Part shown: positions 1 through 15,100 of the stretch, in pieces
Position numbering within the stretch: the first letter of the stretch is position 1
Layout: each line of letters begins with the position of its first letter
Source of the DNA: Eledone cirrhosa
Taxonomy: Eukaryota
DNA length: 64,000 nt
NCBI GenBank assembly: GCA_964016885.1
Contig: OZ024745.1
Location: 62,124,001 to 62,188,000 of the forward strand
Reading direction: 5' to 3'
Made by a program: the position numbers and the translations under genes
Notes under the pieces: model-generated
Told to the model about the DNA's origin: nothing
Seen by the model: the letters and a program-made list of their open reading frames with translations, nothing else
The model's database searches: none

Positions 1-29
1 ATTACACAAATACGACCCTCCCCAAGTAT

Positions 30-35
<6 letters not shown>
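1..35 (+). mobile_element. 3' terminus of a PLE copy (same family as 47229-49205), cut by the window edge
   Basis: attacacaaata(c/t)gaccctccccaagtataacaat followed by (TA)n matches 49171-49205 with one mismatch. Confidence 0.8.
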
Positions 36-997
<962 letters not shown>

Positions 998-1015
998 TAT
1001 ATATATATATATATA

Positions 1016-1746
1016 GTATTTCTCGTACTAGTTTACTTTCTAGCACTGGGTGGTTGCTGGCCCTGTGATTGGGGTAGAAACCTTTATTTCGTGGTAGTCT
1101 CTTTAGTATTTTGGCCCCCCCTTTGTTGACCCGTCACCGTACGATACACGCACCTATACCTCGTATAAGGGTCCCTTTATTTCCGTCCCACCTAGTTTAT
1201 TTTTATTATTATTATTTATTTTTTTATTCTTCATCATATATATATATATTTTTTTAAAAATTTATTTATCTATTCTTTTATTCACTTATTTGTTTATTTA
1301 TTTATTTATGTATTTATTTAGCCTAGCAATAGCGAGAGACTTTAGTCTTAGTATCCAGACTTTGCTTATTTTTTCTTTCTCTCTCAGTATCTTTTATAGT
1401 TTTACCCTTCATTGTTCTACTTACCGTTTCGACTCCCCCCCTCCCCAGTACCCTCTTTGACCTCACGCCCAGCTGTAGCTGGCACTACCAACGCATGAAT
1501 GGGTCTACTCCACCCCCTCTCCCTTTTTCTCCTACCGGCAGGTTTAGCTACCCCTTCCCCCACCAATTTGCCATCACAGATTTACTACTAACTTATGATG
1601 TGATCAATCCTGGTGATTATCTCTTTGACCATATATGGAATTACCCCTTGATAAGCTCGGCTATTTAAATACCAGAATAAATTTTCATTCAGTACAGAAT
1701 TAGCCGTCGAAACGGCTTGAGCTCAGCCGTCGGGGTCTTACTTGTT

Positions 1747-1749
<3 letters not shown>
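1016..1749 (+). mobile_element. 3' pLTR of PLE family A
   Basis: Pyrimidine-rich segment ending in the family A terminus ...gccgtcggggtcttacttgttcct-(TA)n; carries a hammerhead-like motif. Confidence 0.65.
1645..1721 (+). ncRNA. Hammerhead ribozyme-like motif (type I, U3-A8 core, long stem II)
   Basis: ccc-TTGATAA-g(ct)cggcta...tagccgtc-GAAA-cggc-TT-gag; stem I has one mismatch. Confidence 0.5.
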
Positions 1750-1812
<63 letters not shown>

Positions 1813-1817
<5 letters not shown>

Positions 1818-2085
1818 GAACATGTCATGAGATGAGGTAAAAACGGAAACCATTACCACCTACATATATCGTAATATGCTTCCATCATTAAAGCGGTCTG
1901 ACTATATTAAAATATAATTATATATATATATATATATATATACTTATATTTATTATTATTACTATTATATATATATATATATAATTATATTTTAATGTAG
2001 TCAGACCGCTTTAATGATGGAAACATATTACGATATATGTAGGTGGTAATGTCTTCCGTTTTCTCCTCATCTCATGACATGTTTC

Positions 2086-2089
<4 letters not shown>
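1813..2089. repeat. About 110-bp inverted repeat pair in (TA)n with AT-rich centre
   Basis: 1813-1925 is the reverse complement of about 1977-2089 with few mismatches. Confidence 0.85.
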
Positions 2090-2159
<70 letters not shown>

Positions 2160-3526
2160 GGAAATTGGATCGTAGATATATAAGTATGTGACTGAGTCAA
2201 ATTAAAGCCAGATACATATAATTATACAGCTTTATACAGCATTAGTATGTCTACAAGCTTATTGATATTTATATTCATGGACGAAGCAGATCCTATTTTT
2301 ATGAACTTGGATGAAGAGGTGTTTTCGCATATTCAATGGCCTTTAATGAAGCAGATTCTGTAAAACAGCATCAGTAAAGAAATCAAATCCAAATTATCTT
2401 ATTCTCCTTTGGTATTGCATATTATGTTAATATGCACATTTCATTCTTGATAATATCTTATTTTTCAGATATCATGGAAGAAAATGGAATCAAATCTCAT
2501 AAGTACAGCCATATATGAAACACAATTCACTAATAAAAATATATAAAGTGATATCTACAAACAGACAGAAGACCCGAAGGAATACTGGTGCCTGGTGAAT
2601 TGTAATGTGTTGGCAGTCAGAAACACATTGTTTTCAAATTAGTGGCAGGAATATTTGTATATAAAACACCATAAATACGTGGCCCATAGGTAATAACGGC
2701 CTGAATCACAAACCTATATGTTATAAGAGTTCTTGGGTGTCAAAATAATGGACAAATATACATTATTTGTACTTGTGTGAGTTCATCTAATACAATTTAA
2801 CCCAAATGCATTTGTATGTTTTAGTACACCTCCATGGCTAACAGCCACTCTCGTGTTACGAGGTGTTAGCCAAACCTATCGTCTCAATTTAGCTTGATTT
2901 GTACAGTTCCTTAATATGTTTATGGTGTCTCAACATATTTTGTAAGAGTGTCAGTCATGTTGGAACAATGTAGCGTCCATGGCAACATTTACATGCTGTA
3001 ATATATTACATTGTATGAGTTACACGAGACGTAATTTTCAATGATGTCTCTCTTTGAATTGAAATTCCAGACCTTCTGGCTCACTCCACAGTTAGGTCGG
3101 TTTTCTAACTGTAGCGACGTTATTTAAAGTTTTTAGCTTTGCATTCGGCAATACTTTTTTTAATGATATTTTCTGCCTTTTACTCTTTATATTTTGATAT
3201 TTCTGTAAAAGGTTTTTCAAGTTTTATCCTTTACTTGAATAGGAAGGTTTAGTCGTGTATGTGTGTAGATTTGTTCAGTTCTTTGGCTCCAGTGTTGAAA
3301 TATATAGTATAACTTGAAAAGCTACAGGGGGTGAAACTGTTCAGTGCAGAACCTAAACAGATAACCATATCTAAAAACCTACTCATAAACATTAACTTAC
3401 CTATAACAATTACCCTACCAATAACCGATAACCATTTCTGAAAACCCACCTATAATAACAAGAAAAATGATACAATAATTTATTTTGCATGGGCCAATAA
3501 ATTCTTTTCGGTGTGTATTCTAAACA

Positions 3527-3591
<65 letters not shown>

Positions 3592-3758
3592 CAAGATAAT
3601 CATTAAGTTCATCTTCAAATATATATTCAATATATAAACGTACACACACAGGCCTATACAACCTTGCAGTTGACTAAAACTGACAGGCCTATTGGTGAGC
3701 CAACATCTCCCATATTAATAATGCTCATTCTTTGACCCACCCCTCTGACTATTGCACA

Positions 3759-3812
<54 letters not shown>

Positions 3813-4062
3813 GAAAGGAATAGAAATTGTTGTAGCGAGAAGCTAACAGTATTGTATAACATATATGCGACTATAGCGTCAAAATGGGAAAAATAGTTAA
3901 CGTAAGATGTAAGAAAAATAATTCAAACTCATCTCAAAAGAGAATCAGGATATAAATTCATCCACAGAATTTAGTGAAATCCAGGGAAAAATCAATAGAG
4001 CCTTAACTCATGATAAAATAAAGTCTAAAATACTTATCCTTCAATTTGGAAAAACATCAAAT

Positions 4063-4133
4063 GCTCTTAAAGACTATTTCATGAAAACTTTCAGTGGAGA
4101 TGGTCACGGTTGGATTTCAATCGTCAGCAGAGC
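4063..4133 (-). ncRNA. Degenerate hammerhead-like motif in a probable pLTR fragment (about 3810-4256, -)
   Basis: Minus strand: gctctg-CTGACGA-t-tgaaa...tttca-t-GAAA-tagtct-TT-aagagc; segment bounded by (TA)n. Confidence 0.45.
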
Positions 4134-4254
4134 TCAACTCGATAACCAGGACTCTCACAGATTTATAAGCCAAAAAGGGAATTTTAAAACTGGCTAGTTC
4201 ACCATCATGCGTGATTATGAAAAACGCACACGAGGAAAAACGGGGCTAGTGACG

Positions 4255-4313
<59 letters not shown>

Positions 4314-4618
4314 CATGTGTGTGTGTGTCTGCGTGTTCTATTTATCTCTGATAATCTTTCTCCATTCCTTTGCGGTTGTGTAACACTGAAAGGCTAGGAT
4401 GATGATCTATTTCTATCCCCACTTTTAGATTGGAAAATCACATATATTGCGGTCACCTGAAGGATTTTTCTTTAAGGTTGAGCGTTCGCACGATGCTAGA
4501 TGTCTTACTAGTTAAAGTGTTTGATATTGATCTTGATCTATGAAATTGCAGCTGCGGTATTCCAAAGTTAGTATAATTAATTCTTCTGAATTTATTTGGT
4601 ATCATCTCTCCCCCTCTC

Positions 4619-4694
<76 letters not shown>

Positions 4695-4748
4695 TCCCCC
4701 CTCTCTCTCTATCTCTCTCTCACAGACACACATATATATATGTATATA

Positions 4749-5010
4749 CAATGATATTAAATAAATGGGAACTATATTTATAAAACCACATTTATTGTAT
4801 TATATATATTTCAAGGGTACCAGATAAAATACAAAGAGTGTTTTACAAATGTTGACATAGCCAAGGAAATATAGCCTATAAATATATAGAATAGAATAAA
4901 TATGGTTTTATAAATATAGTTCCCATTTATTTAATATCATTGAATATTTACTCCAGAAAAGCTGTCGAGTGCTCTGTTGGATTTCCAACAAATTAAATAT
5001 CCATTCTATT
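4749..5010. repeat. Fold-back insertion: 60-bp arms (4749-4808 / 4882-4942) plus about 68-nt one-sided tail
   Basis: caatgatattaaataaatgggaactatatttataaaacca and its reverse complement; TA repeats on both sides. Confidence 0.7.
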
Positions 5011-5014
5011 TATA

Positions 5015-5088
<74 letters not shown>

Positions 5089-5089
5089 C

Positions 5090-5184
<95 letters not shown>

Positions 5185-5204
5185 CAGTATATGTATATAT
5201 ATAA

Positions 5205-5357
5205 GAAAAGAGTCAGGAACCCGACGAGCTGTCGAAACGGCCGGAGTTCAACCGTCGGTGTCCTGACTCTTTCGCTATTACCCACTCTACTACCCTAAGT
5301 ATTATGTACTCTGGTGCGTTATGGTGGTCCACCTGGTATCTTACTTCACCCTCTTTG

Positions 5358-5359
<2 letters not shown>
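5205..5359 (+). mobile_element. Diverged mini-PLE family A fold-back copy
   Basis: Short inverted arm gaaaagagtcaggaacccgacg, then a direct arm with the tail ...attacccactctactaccctaagtatt...; in (TA)n. Confidence 0.75.
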
Positions 5360-5391
<32 letters not shown>

Positions 5392-5709
5392 GAACAATAT
5401 AGGTATATGAGATCAGGGAAGAAAATAAACAATAATAGTAAAATTTTTCTAAAGTTTACATTGAAAGACCTACAAACCAATTGTCAAGTCATGATAACAA
5501 AATTCTTACCGACGAGAAAATCTAAGTCAAAATACGTGTTAGACTAAATACCAAACGCTAATAAGACTCTTGTCAATTTTTAAGCTATGCCAAATATTGA
5601 AATGGAGATTCATATTCCTTCTTCCGGTGAATATTATTTTCTAGACTATATAGATAATTGGTTGTGACGTTTATTGGCCACATACCATGCATCATTATCT
5701 ATATCAGTA

Positions 5710-5984
5710 GAGGTGGATTGGCAGTATCAGTCGAGGGTCGGACGCCATGCTTTCCAGCATAGTTACATCCCTTTACGACCTGAGTTCAAATCCCGCCGAG
5801 GTTGACTTTGTCTTTCATCCTTACGGGGTCGATAAAATAAAGTACCAGTAATGTACTGGGAAATTGCTGGCCTTGTGCCTAAAGTAGAAACAATTACCTA
5901 TATTGACCATAAAATATTGGTCGATAAAATAAAGTACCAGTAATGCACTGGGTAGGCATTGTGCCAAAACGTAGAAACAATTAT
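5710..5984 (+). mobile_element. tRNA-derived SINE (full copy 5710-5896) plus partial 3' duplicate (5919-5984)
   Basis: A-box-like tggcagtatcagtcga, B-box gagttcaaatccc, core ctttcatccttacggggtcgataaa, tail ggccttgtgcc..aagtagaaacaatta. Confidence 0.85.
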
Positions 5985-6464
5985 ATATATTAACAAAACA
6001 CTGCGTATCTGAGTATTGTGAATTAGCCCTTTATCCTTTCATACAAATTCACATATACACGCACACATACAGATAGGCATATATATATATATATATGTGT
6101 GTATGTGTGTATGTGTGTGTATGTGTCTGTTTATGCACGTGTGTGTGTTTGTGTGAGCGAGGGTGAATGTGTGTGTTCGTATATATATATACATATATAT
6201 ATATATGAATTAATACAAATACCCAGGATTAATTTACATTAAACCATATAATTGATTGGCGAACGCCAATACTGGTTATTTTTATTCATTGATATATATG
6301 GTCTGTGATATTGTAAATCTACTGTGATTGGAAATTTACAGATTGGATTAAACTCCGAACTGTCTTTTACTTATCTTTCTCTGGAATATAAAATCAGATT
6401 TGAGGTTTAAAATTGTTTGCCCTTACATGGTTGTCTGATCAACTCATCTAGACCAATATCTGTA

Positions 6465-6512
<48 letters not shown>

Positions 6513-6888
6513 TATATATATATATATATATATATGTGTATGTATATGTGTATTTTCATGTTGCCGTAGTTTACTCAGCTGTAGAAAGGAATTGCGTCGT
6601 CATTGTTGCCAAGCTGTAACAGTACTACTGTTAGCCAACTAATAGAGAACGAAGAACAACCACGGACATATTTTCGTAAACACTAATGATTTTTCTTCCC
6701 CTTCTTATTATTCGTATAAATATGCAACTTAACAGCTCTATTAACATCCGCAGTTGAAAAAAGCATATAATGCTGAAACCAGTAGCACTATTAAATTCGG
6801 AAATACCCACTTTATAAATAAATGTTTTCATATACTGAAAAAATCTCTCCTGCAGTTTGTACTGAATTTTTTTTCCTTTTTACTATTT

Positions 6889-6928
<40 letters not shown>

Positions 6929-6961
6929 TTTGTACTGAATTTTTTTTCCTTTTTACTATTT

Positions 6962-6993
<32 letters not shown>

Positions 6994-6995
<2 letters not shown>

Positions 6996-7182
6996 CGAAG
7001 GAAATGTGGTAAGGAACCAGGTGGACCACAACGCACCAAAGTACTCAATACTTTGGGTAGTAGAGTGGGTAATAGGAACCAGTAAGACCCCGACGGCTGA
7101 GCTCAGGCCGTTTCGACGGCTAATTCTGGACTGAATTAGCCGTCGAAACGGCTTGAGCTCAGCCGTCGGGGTCTTACTGGTT

Positions 7183-7185
<3 letters not shown>
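6994..7185. mobile_element. Mini-PLE family A fold-back copy
   Basis: About 140-nt inverted arm with tail plus about 52-nt direct arm; (TA)n on both sides. Confidence 0.85.
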
Positions 7186-7223
<38 letters not shown>

Positions 7224-7285
7224 AAATAATAAAAAGGAAAAAAAATTCAGTACAAACTGCAGGAGAGATTTTTTCAGTATATTTT

Positions 7286-7548
<263 letters not shown>

Positions 7549-7893
7549 TTTACATATACATAAAGTTATAGATATATATGCTGCAACCGGTCACTTTTAA
7601 GCTCTATGTGTACATACCGTAATTACGGTATGTACACATTTCTTCTAAGTTTAATTTTACACCTAATTGTGTATGGTTGATGATATATTTAGTCAGTTTC
7701 CACATGCTGTCGAAATGTTGGATACATATTGGGGCCACCGTGAAGAGGCCACTTTCGGTTATTTGTCGAAGATTTCTTCATAAGAACCTTTCTTCTTATA
7801 GCTTGGTCTAATTGATTTTTTATATGGTTAATTATGCTAATTGGAAGAAGAAACTGTATATATTTTATCTAATAATTCTAAAGACATGATTTA

Positions 7894-7938
<45 letters not shown>

Positions 7939-7940
<2 letters not shown>

Positions 7941-8031
7941 ATTGTTTCTGCTTTAGGCACAAGGCCAGCAATTACTCACTACATTACTGGTACTTTATTT
8001 TATCGACCCCGTAAGGATGAAAGGCAAAGTT
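7939..8031 (-). mobile_element. SINE 3' fragment
   Basis: Reverse complement of the SINE core and tail. Confidence 0.8.
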
Positions 8032-8099
8032 ATACATATAATAAGGTTTCGTTTTATAAGAAATAAATGAAGGTGGTAGTAATCTGGTGGAAAACATCA

Positions 8100-8188
<89 letters not shown>

Positions 8189-8640
8189 TATGATGCTGTT
8201 TGCCACCATCACCAGATTGCTACCACCGTCATTTATTTCTTATAACACGAAACATTACTGTTTAAACTATTGCTAAATTTTGTTTTCTATCAAATTCATG
8301 CAATTTACAGACTTTTCTAAAACTCTTACCGAAGCTTTATCTGGAGATGACTAACTAGTCATCACAATTAAATATGGTTAGTGTTGAATAAATTTGAATA
8401 ATAGATTTAACCACTAGCCACTGGTACATACAATTCTATGTAAACCTAGTTATATTGTATATGAAAAGAAGACTTCTTCCCAAAAACCTACTGTCATTCC
8501 TGGAAACACCTATGGTGTATTTTAATACTGTAGTCTATATAAATCTAAATGAAATCCATATTTTTGCAGAAGCATGTAAACTTTTTGTCATTTCAATCTT
8601 TCAGTTTATTAAAATGTTATATTCATTTCAGAAATAATAC

Positions 8641-11370
8641 ATTCTTTAGTAACCACAAGGGTTTGCACAAAGTAATACATTAAGGACAGTACAGGACAAT
8701 ACAGGAAGGTACAAATGGGCATTTCTGCGTGTAAAAATACAAAAAAAAAACAGAGGATGTAACAAAAATAAGAAACAATGAAAAATTCCCCAATAGGGGG
8801 AGGTTTCCGAGGGATATTCGTGGAGAAAGCCCATTAAAAAAAAGCCACGATGACCCTGACTACCAGGGCAAGTGGCCTCTCCCAGTTTTCCACCTTCAAT
8901 TTACAGGCACATACTCAGAGTAGGCCCATTCACACGGGCCATACTTGCATCTCTCACCCATCTTTCAACAAAATGCTGGGAAGAGAGCACTTCCCTCTCT
9001 ACCCTGATTTTCCTTTTGAAATAAAATTTGAAAAAGTTAATCAGGGCATCACCGAAGAGGTAAGTGCTCGTCTTCAGCCCTTTCAAACGCGTCCACCATA
9101 CTATCTCTTTCGCCATGGCCACCAGACAGATAAAAATTGTCTGCCCTTCCCGGCTAAAGGAAAAGGGCGGGGCAATCCTGACGATGGACTCAGCTGATAG
9201 CTGGATCCGTCCTACACGCGAAAGCAGGTGTTCGACATAAATCCACAAGTCAGCAATTCTCGGACACTGGACGAGTGCGTGCAGGACGGTTTCGTCGCCC
9301 TGCGCTTCTCGGACATGCCCCGCTGACGGCACCTCCATGCCTGTAGAGTTTATCCCGAACTGGCAAAGCCCCTCGGTAGCACTGCCAGGCCAGGGATTTC
9401 TGGAAGTTGTCCATAGGCCCCCGGCCCGAAAATTCTTCCGAAGAGATTGGCTAGTTGATTTTCGTCGACGCCTAGAGTTTCCCCAAGTACGCCGTCGCTC
9501 TGCCCCTCCACTAATCCTCTATAGAACGCCAAGATGGAGTTCCCACCGATCACATTGCCCGATTGGTAGATGGCTGTGAGCGCCTGAAGACATTCCAGTC
9601 TCCAAGCGCTCCCTCTCGGTCTTCGCTTGACCCAGGACTGCAGTTCCGTCAAGGAGACGAGCTGGGGAAAGACACGTCTAGCAAACGGCGACCACACCGG
9701 ATCACCGTCAAGGAAGAGGTGGAGATGTCGTAGCCTGATCACGTGTCTGCGCATCATCAGCCACGGCATTCCCAGCCCTCCAGGTAGCGAGTGTTGACAG
9801 CAGATGGACCGCCTGACCATTGGAGCGCGTCCGTTCCACAAAAAGCGAAAGAGCAAACGCTCCAGCGCAGTCAGTCGAGGCTTAGGACAAGACACGACGG
9901 TCAGGCGGTAGTAGATGACGGACCCGATGTCCGCGTTAGCAACCTCTGCTCGACCTTTCAGGGATAGCTTCCTCTCCGCCCATTTCTGGGTGAAAGAAAC
10001 CACCCTGCTTGTCACCTCGGCCCAGTTTTTGTCCGTCTGGAGGTCCGGACCGAACCAGATCCCTAGCAATTTAACCGGTCCGTCCGTCCAGCGTCCAACG
10101 ACGCTGTTGGACGGCATGAACCTGCCTCTCCAGGTGCCGAGCTGCAGGCCCACTGACTTTTCCTGGTTGATCATTGCTCCTGTCACCGCTTCGTATTCTC
10201 TTAGTGTAGTGCCGATCGCCTCGATGTGTTTCGAGTTCGACACCACTACGGTGACATCGTCCGCATAGGCTGACACGGATCTTCCGCATCCTAGTTCGCG
10301 CGGGACCCCTCAGAACGTCTCCAGTTTGTGCAGTAATGGCTCGAGAGTCAATAAGTACAAGAGAGACGAGCGGGGACATCCTTGGCGCACCGAGCGCACG
10401 ATGTTGAACGGTTTCGAAAGGTGACTGTTCACTCTCACCACAGAGCAGATGTCGCTGTGCATGGCAGTGATCCAGCCTTTGAAGACGGGCCCAAAGCCAG
10501 CCGCCCTCGGGACTGCCGCTAGATAACGATGGTCGACCCTATCGAAAGCTTTCGACTGATCTAAATTGATCAAGGACCCACCCGTGCCAGGTTCCCTAGC
10601 TACCTTCTCCACGATGTATCGCATGAGGTTGAGGTTGTCGTGGATGGCTCTGTCGGGAATGGCGCATGTCTGTGCCTCTCCCACCAGACCACCAACGACA
10701 AGCGCCAACGTCTTTGCTAGCACCTTGGGCAAAATCTTGAACTCTGTGTTTAGCAGTGTTATGGGCCTGAAATTATCTATGTTATCCCCCTTGTTCGGAT
10801 CTTTTCTCAGCAGTGCCACAGCTCCTCGGCTCACAGAGCTGGGCATTCTTTCGTTCTGTTGCAAGTTGCAGTAGACGGCCGCCAAGAGGCCTCCGAACAA
10901 ATCTGGCATCTGTACGTAAAGTTTATAGGGCAGACCATCCAAACCAGGCGATTTACCCCTTGTGCAGCCAGTCATTGCCTCCCATATTTCAGCTGCTGTT
11001 ATCGGCTTTTCGCCACACTCCGCCTCAGTGGCCGAGAGCCGCGGCAGTCCGTCGAGGTAGACACTAAAGTCCATCCTTCGCTCCGGCCCGCCACTGCTCC
11101 AGAACAGTTGAGCGAAGTGTCGCTGAAAAGCTTCACACATTTGCCCGGGATCGAGTAGCATGCGCCCGTCGTGGTCCACCAAAGACCGGATTGTTGCTTT
11201 GTTGCCACGACACGCCTCCGCCACTCGGGCCCATTGAACGGCTGTCATCCCTTCGTGTCTGAGAGCACACACCCTAGCTCTGACAACGCAGCCTTCGTTC
11301 TTTGCATTGAAGAATTGGTCAAGGGCCAATTTCGCCGCAAGTACGTCGGTCGCGATACCTTTACTAAGCG
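8641..11370 (-). mobile_element. 5'-truncated Tx1/L1-type non-LTR retrotransposon (RT and C-terminal domain), frameshifted
   Basis: KSPGLDGLP, NFRPITLLNTEFKIL, LDQSKAFDRVDH, VRQGCP.S, AYADDV, C-terminal ETVLHALVQC; same family as 56229-62003. Confidence 0.92.
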
Positions 11371-11480
11371 ACCACCACCACTAATAATACTACTACTAAC
11401 ACCACCACAAAAACCACTAGCACCAGCACCAGCACCACCACTACCAGGAAAAATTATATATACATATATAATAATAATAA

Positions 11481-11785
11481 TAATTGTTTCTACTTTTGGC
11501 ACAAGGCCAGCAATGACCCAGTACATTACTAGTACTTTATTTTATCGACCCCGTAAGAAGAAAGGCAAAGTTAACCTCGGCGGGAAATAATAATAATTGT
11601 TTCTATATTAGGCACAAGGCCAGCAAATACCCAGTACATTACTGGCACTTTATTTTATCGACCCCGTAAAGATGAAAGGCAAAGTTAACCTCGGCGGGAT
11701 TTGAACTCAGATCATAAAGGGACGTAACTCTATGCTTCAAAGCATGATGTCCGACTCTCTAACGATACTGCCAATCCACCCCCCT
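11481..11785 (-). mobile_element. Two tandem SINE copies (partial 11481-11585; full 11595-11785)
   Basis: Reverse complement of the SINE consensus seen elsewhere in the window. Confidence 0.85.
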
Positions 11786-11839
11786 ACGGGAAATAATAAT
11801 AATGATATAGAAATGGCTTCTAAAGGACTAGAATTGCTA

Positions 11840-12125
<286 letters not shown>

Positions 12126-12136
12126 ATATATATATA

Positions 12137-15100
12137 TCATCATCATCATTCGTCGACTACTGTCGAGATGATGGATCTCACTCTCATGCACCAGAATTCC
12201 CTGTCCCCCATCGCTGTCCCCAGGTCCCGTCTACTGATTCCCGTATCCCTAAAGATAAAGTCAGGGAATGACAGCTTCCTACTCCTAGTCAGGCTGGAGT
12301 CAGGGTTCCAGAGCAAGAGAGCGGATATGATTTCATTGCTGGCACGGTGACAGTGGCCAGCAAATTGAGCTCTCCGGGATTTTAGAAGGGCAGAGGCTCG
12401 AGGGAGTTTGCCATAGATTTTAGACAAGGTGGGATGTCGTTTCCAGGATAGGTTTTGCACTCTCATTAAGAGGCGGGTATATATGCCATCCAATCTCCTC
12501 TCAAGTTGTGATGTTAGTGTCCAAGTTTCGGATCCATAAAGTAATATCGGCTTAATGGTTGCTTGGAATATTTCCAGTTTTAGCTTGTTGGTAATTTGAG
12601 ATGTCCATATGGCGTACATGTCATTGCACGCTGACCATGCCATACCCTTCCTGGTTAGAAAATCTTTTTTGGAGGAGGAGATATATGAGCCAATATACTT
12701 GTAATCTTCCACCTGCTTAAGGGTGGTACCATTAAGGGTTCTGATGGGGTAGTTTGGGCTTTTTGCGCATCTGTTCACATACTCAGTCTTGGATTCGTTG
12801 AGGTACAGTCCAACACAGTTGGACGCTTGCTCTAATGACTTCAAAAGACTCTCAGCATTTTCCAGTGACCGACTGATCAATGCGATGTCGTCAGCAAAGT
12901 CGGTGTCGGTCAAGTATTTTGCTGGGTAGCGTGAGCTTCTCCTAGGCTGTAGTTGGTATCCCCTATCCTGAATCCTATCCACAGACATGCGCAAAACATA
13001 ATCCACAACAATGATAAATAGATACGGAGCAAGGGTATCGCCCTGTAAAATTCCAGCGAGGACTGAGAAAGGTGGTGTTTCCCCATCTGGGGTCAGGACA
13101 GTTGATTTGGTATCTGTATACATTACACGTATGGCCGCGATGATTTTATCAGGAATCCCATAAAGTTGTAGAATTTCAAACATCCCCAACCTGTCAACTG
13201 AGTCGAAGGCTTTTGAAAAATCAACAAAGATGAGTGCAAGGTCTAGATTGCGGTTTTGGGACTCCTCTATAAGTCGGCGAAGGCAGATAATATGGCTAAG
13301 TGTTGATCTACCTCTCCTAAATCCATTCTGTTTGTTACGAAGGATTGGCTCAAGAAATAGAACTAAGCGGTTAAGGAGAAGCTTGTTGTATATTTTTGCA
13401 GCAATTGCCATGAGAGAAATTCCTCTATAATTGGTGGCTAAAGAAAGATCTCCTTTTTTGGGCATGGGGATAATTTGAACTGCATGCCAGACGCTAGGTG
13501 GTTTATTGGTCTCGAAAGTATGGTTACATAGGTTGAGCAAAAGGATGTGGAAATGCTCATCCTTCCAAATCAGGGTAGGTATATTATCCGGCCCAAAGGC
13601 TTTTGAGGCTTTGAGCTGTTTGATGGCTTCTTTGAGTTCAGTCATGGTGAAAGGAGAGGTGTTGATTCCTAAAGGCTCTGAAACCTGAACGGATAGCAGT
13701 TGATAGTTATCAGGAAGTCTGGCCTTTTTCCCTAGAAGGTTTTTAAAATGAGCAGACCAATTTTCAAGACGTTTTTTGGCAGAGCCTCCTTTGATTCTAA
13801 TTGCAGAGTTTGAGTTTTTGCCTGAAATATCTTTGACAACCTTCCAATGAAGATTATGGTGTTTGCTGATGTGATGTTGCGATAGCTGATCAATCCTACC
13901 TGAGATATAGTCGGCTTCAGCATTAAGATAAGCGTCGTCTAGTGATTTTTTGGCCATGATAAGCTGTATCTTTTTCCCTTGAGATGGTGATTGATGGTGA
14001 GATTGGGATATTGACCTAAGATGGACCCTTGCCTCAACTACCTTCTCTGAGGCACTAGGTTTCATTTGGCTTCGGTTTTTCGTTTTAGGTAGGGTAGCAA
14101 GTGCAACTTCCTCTGTTGATTGCTTAAGACAGTCATACACATCCTCAATATTATCGTCATTGATGTCAGAAGTTGAGAGAGATTGAAATCTGTTATAGAC
14201 TTAAAGCGCGAAGCTATTGGATAGTTGTTTGTTGGAAGAAACAGCTTTCCAGTCTATTCTTTTCATGGGATGAGGTTCGGCCCTCTTGGATATCCTGAGA
14301 CTAAGTTTGATTGTTGCCGAGATGACTCGATGATCTGAGCCGACAGAGCTAAAGGAGGAATAAGATCTAGAATCCTTGATTGAGTTTCTCCATTTCTTGC
14401 GAAATATCAAATAGTCAATCTGAGCTCGTATTTGGTTTGGGTATTCGAAGGTCCAAAGCCAGCCTCTGGTCTTCATAAAGCTGTTCTTTGAGCTGAATAG
14501 ACTGAATTCTTCCATGAAGTCCTTGAGATATTCCCCGTTTCGGTTAGTAACCCTATTGTATGTGAACTTTACTTCATCCGGGCCAAGTTGAGCGTTGAGG
14601 TCTCCAGCGATGATGAGAAAGTTGTGTAAGGGTACTTGCTCAACAACTGTGCGAAAGGTCGTGTAGAATTCTCTTACCTCATCCTCAGGAGAGGCGTTAT
14701 GAGGAGTGTATACACATATCGCAGTGGTTCTAGGATTGCCCTCTAGTGTAAGCACCAAGATTCTGGGAGAGATTGTTTCAATCCCCAGAAGATTATTGCT
14801 GGCTTTAGATGAGAGAAGGCAGCCGACTCCTCCAACGGAGGCATTGACAGGGTTCTTGGTGGCTGAAGAGGTGACAAGTTGGTAGGATCCGAGGGTGTGA
14901 TACTTGAGATCATCCTTTGGGTGGAAAAAGCGGTGTTCTTGGACCGCAAGGATGTCAATACTCTGAAGTTTGGCATCCTCTGCCAGCTCCTGGAGTCTAC
15001 CTGTTGGAAGGAGGGTTCTGGTGTTCAAGGAGCTAACTATTATTTGCTTTTTACAGCTAGCCAGGCGAGATTTGCTTGTTGTTTGGTTAGGACCTGTTTC

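Noticed and set aside
5710-5800. tRNA genes
   Set aside because: The A/B boxes belong to SINE heads; there is no cloverleaf
6994-7185. CRISPR-like or REP-like interpretation of the repeated palindromes
   Set aside because: Dispersed copies without spacers in eukaryotic DNA, and contiguous with a PLE RT ORF at 205-858
9915-11158. Plus-strand ORFs overlapping the RT genes (and equivalents at 53-56 kb and 59-61 kb)
   Set aside because: Antisense shadow ORFs of the retroelement coding frames
14201-14203. Programmed readthrough between the APE and RT ORFs (likewise 54740-54742)
   Set aside because: A single nonsense mutation in a normally continuous ORF is simpler; needs the family consensus
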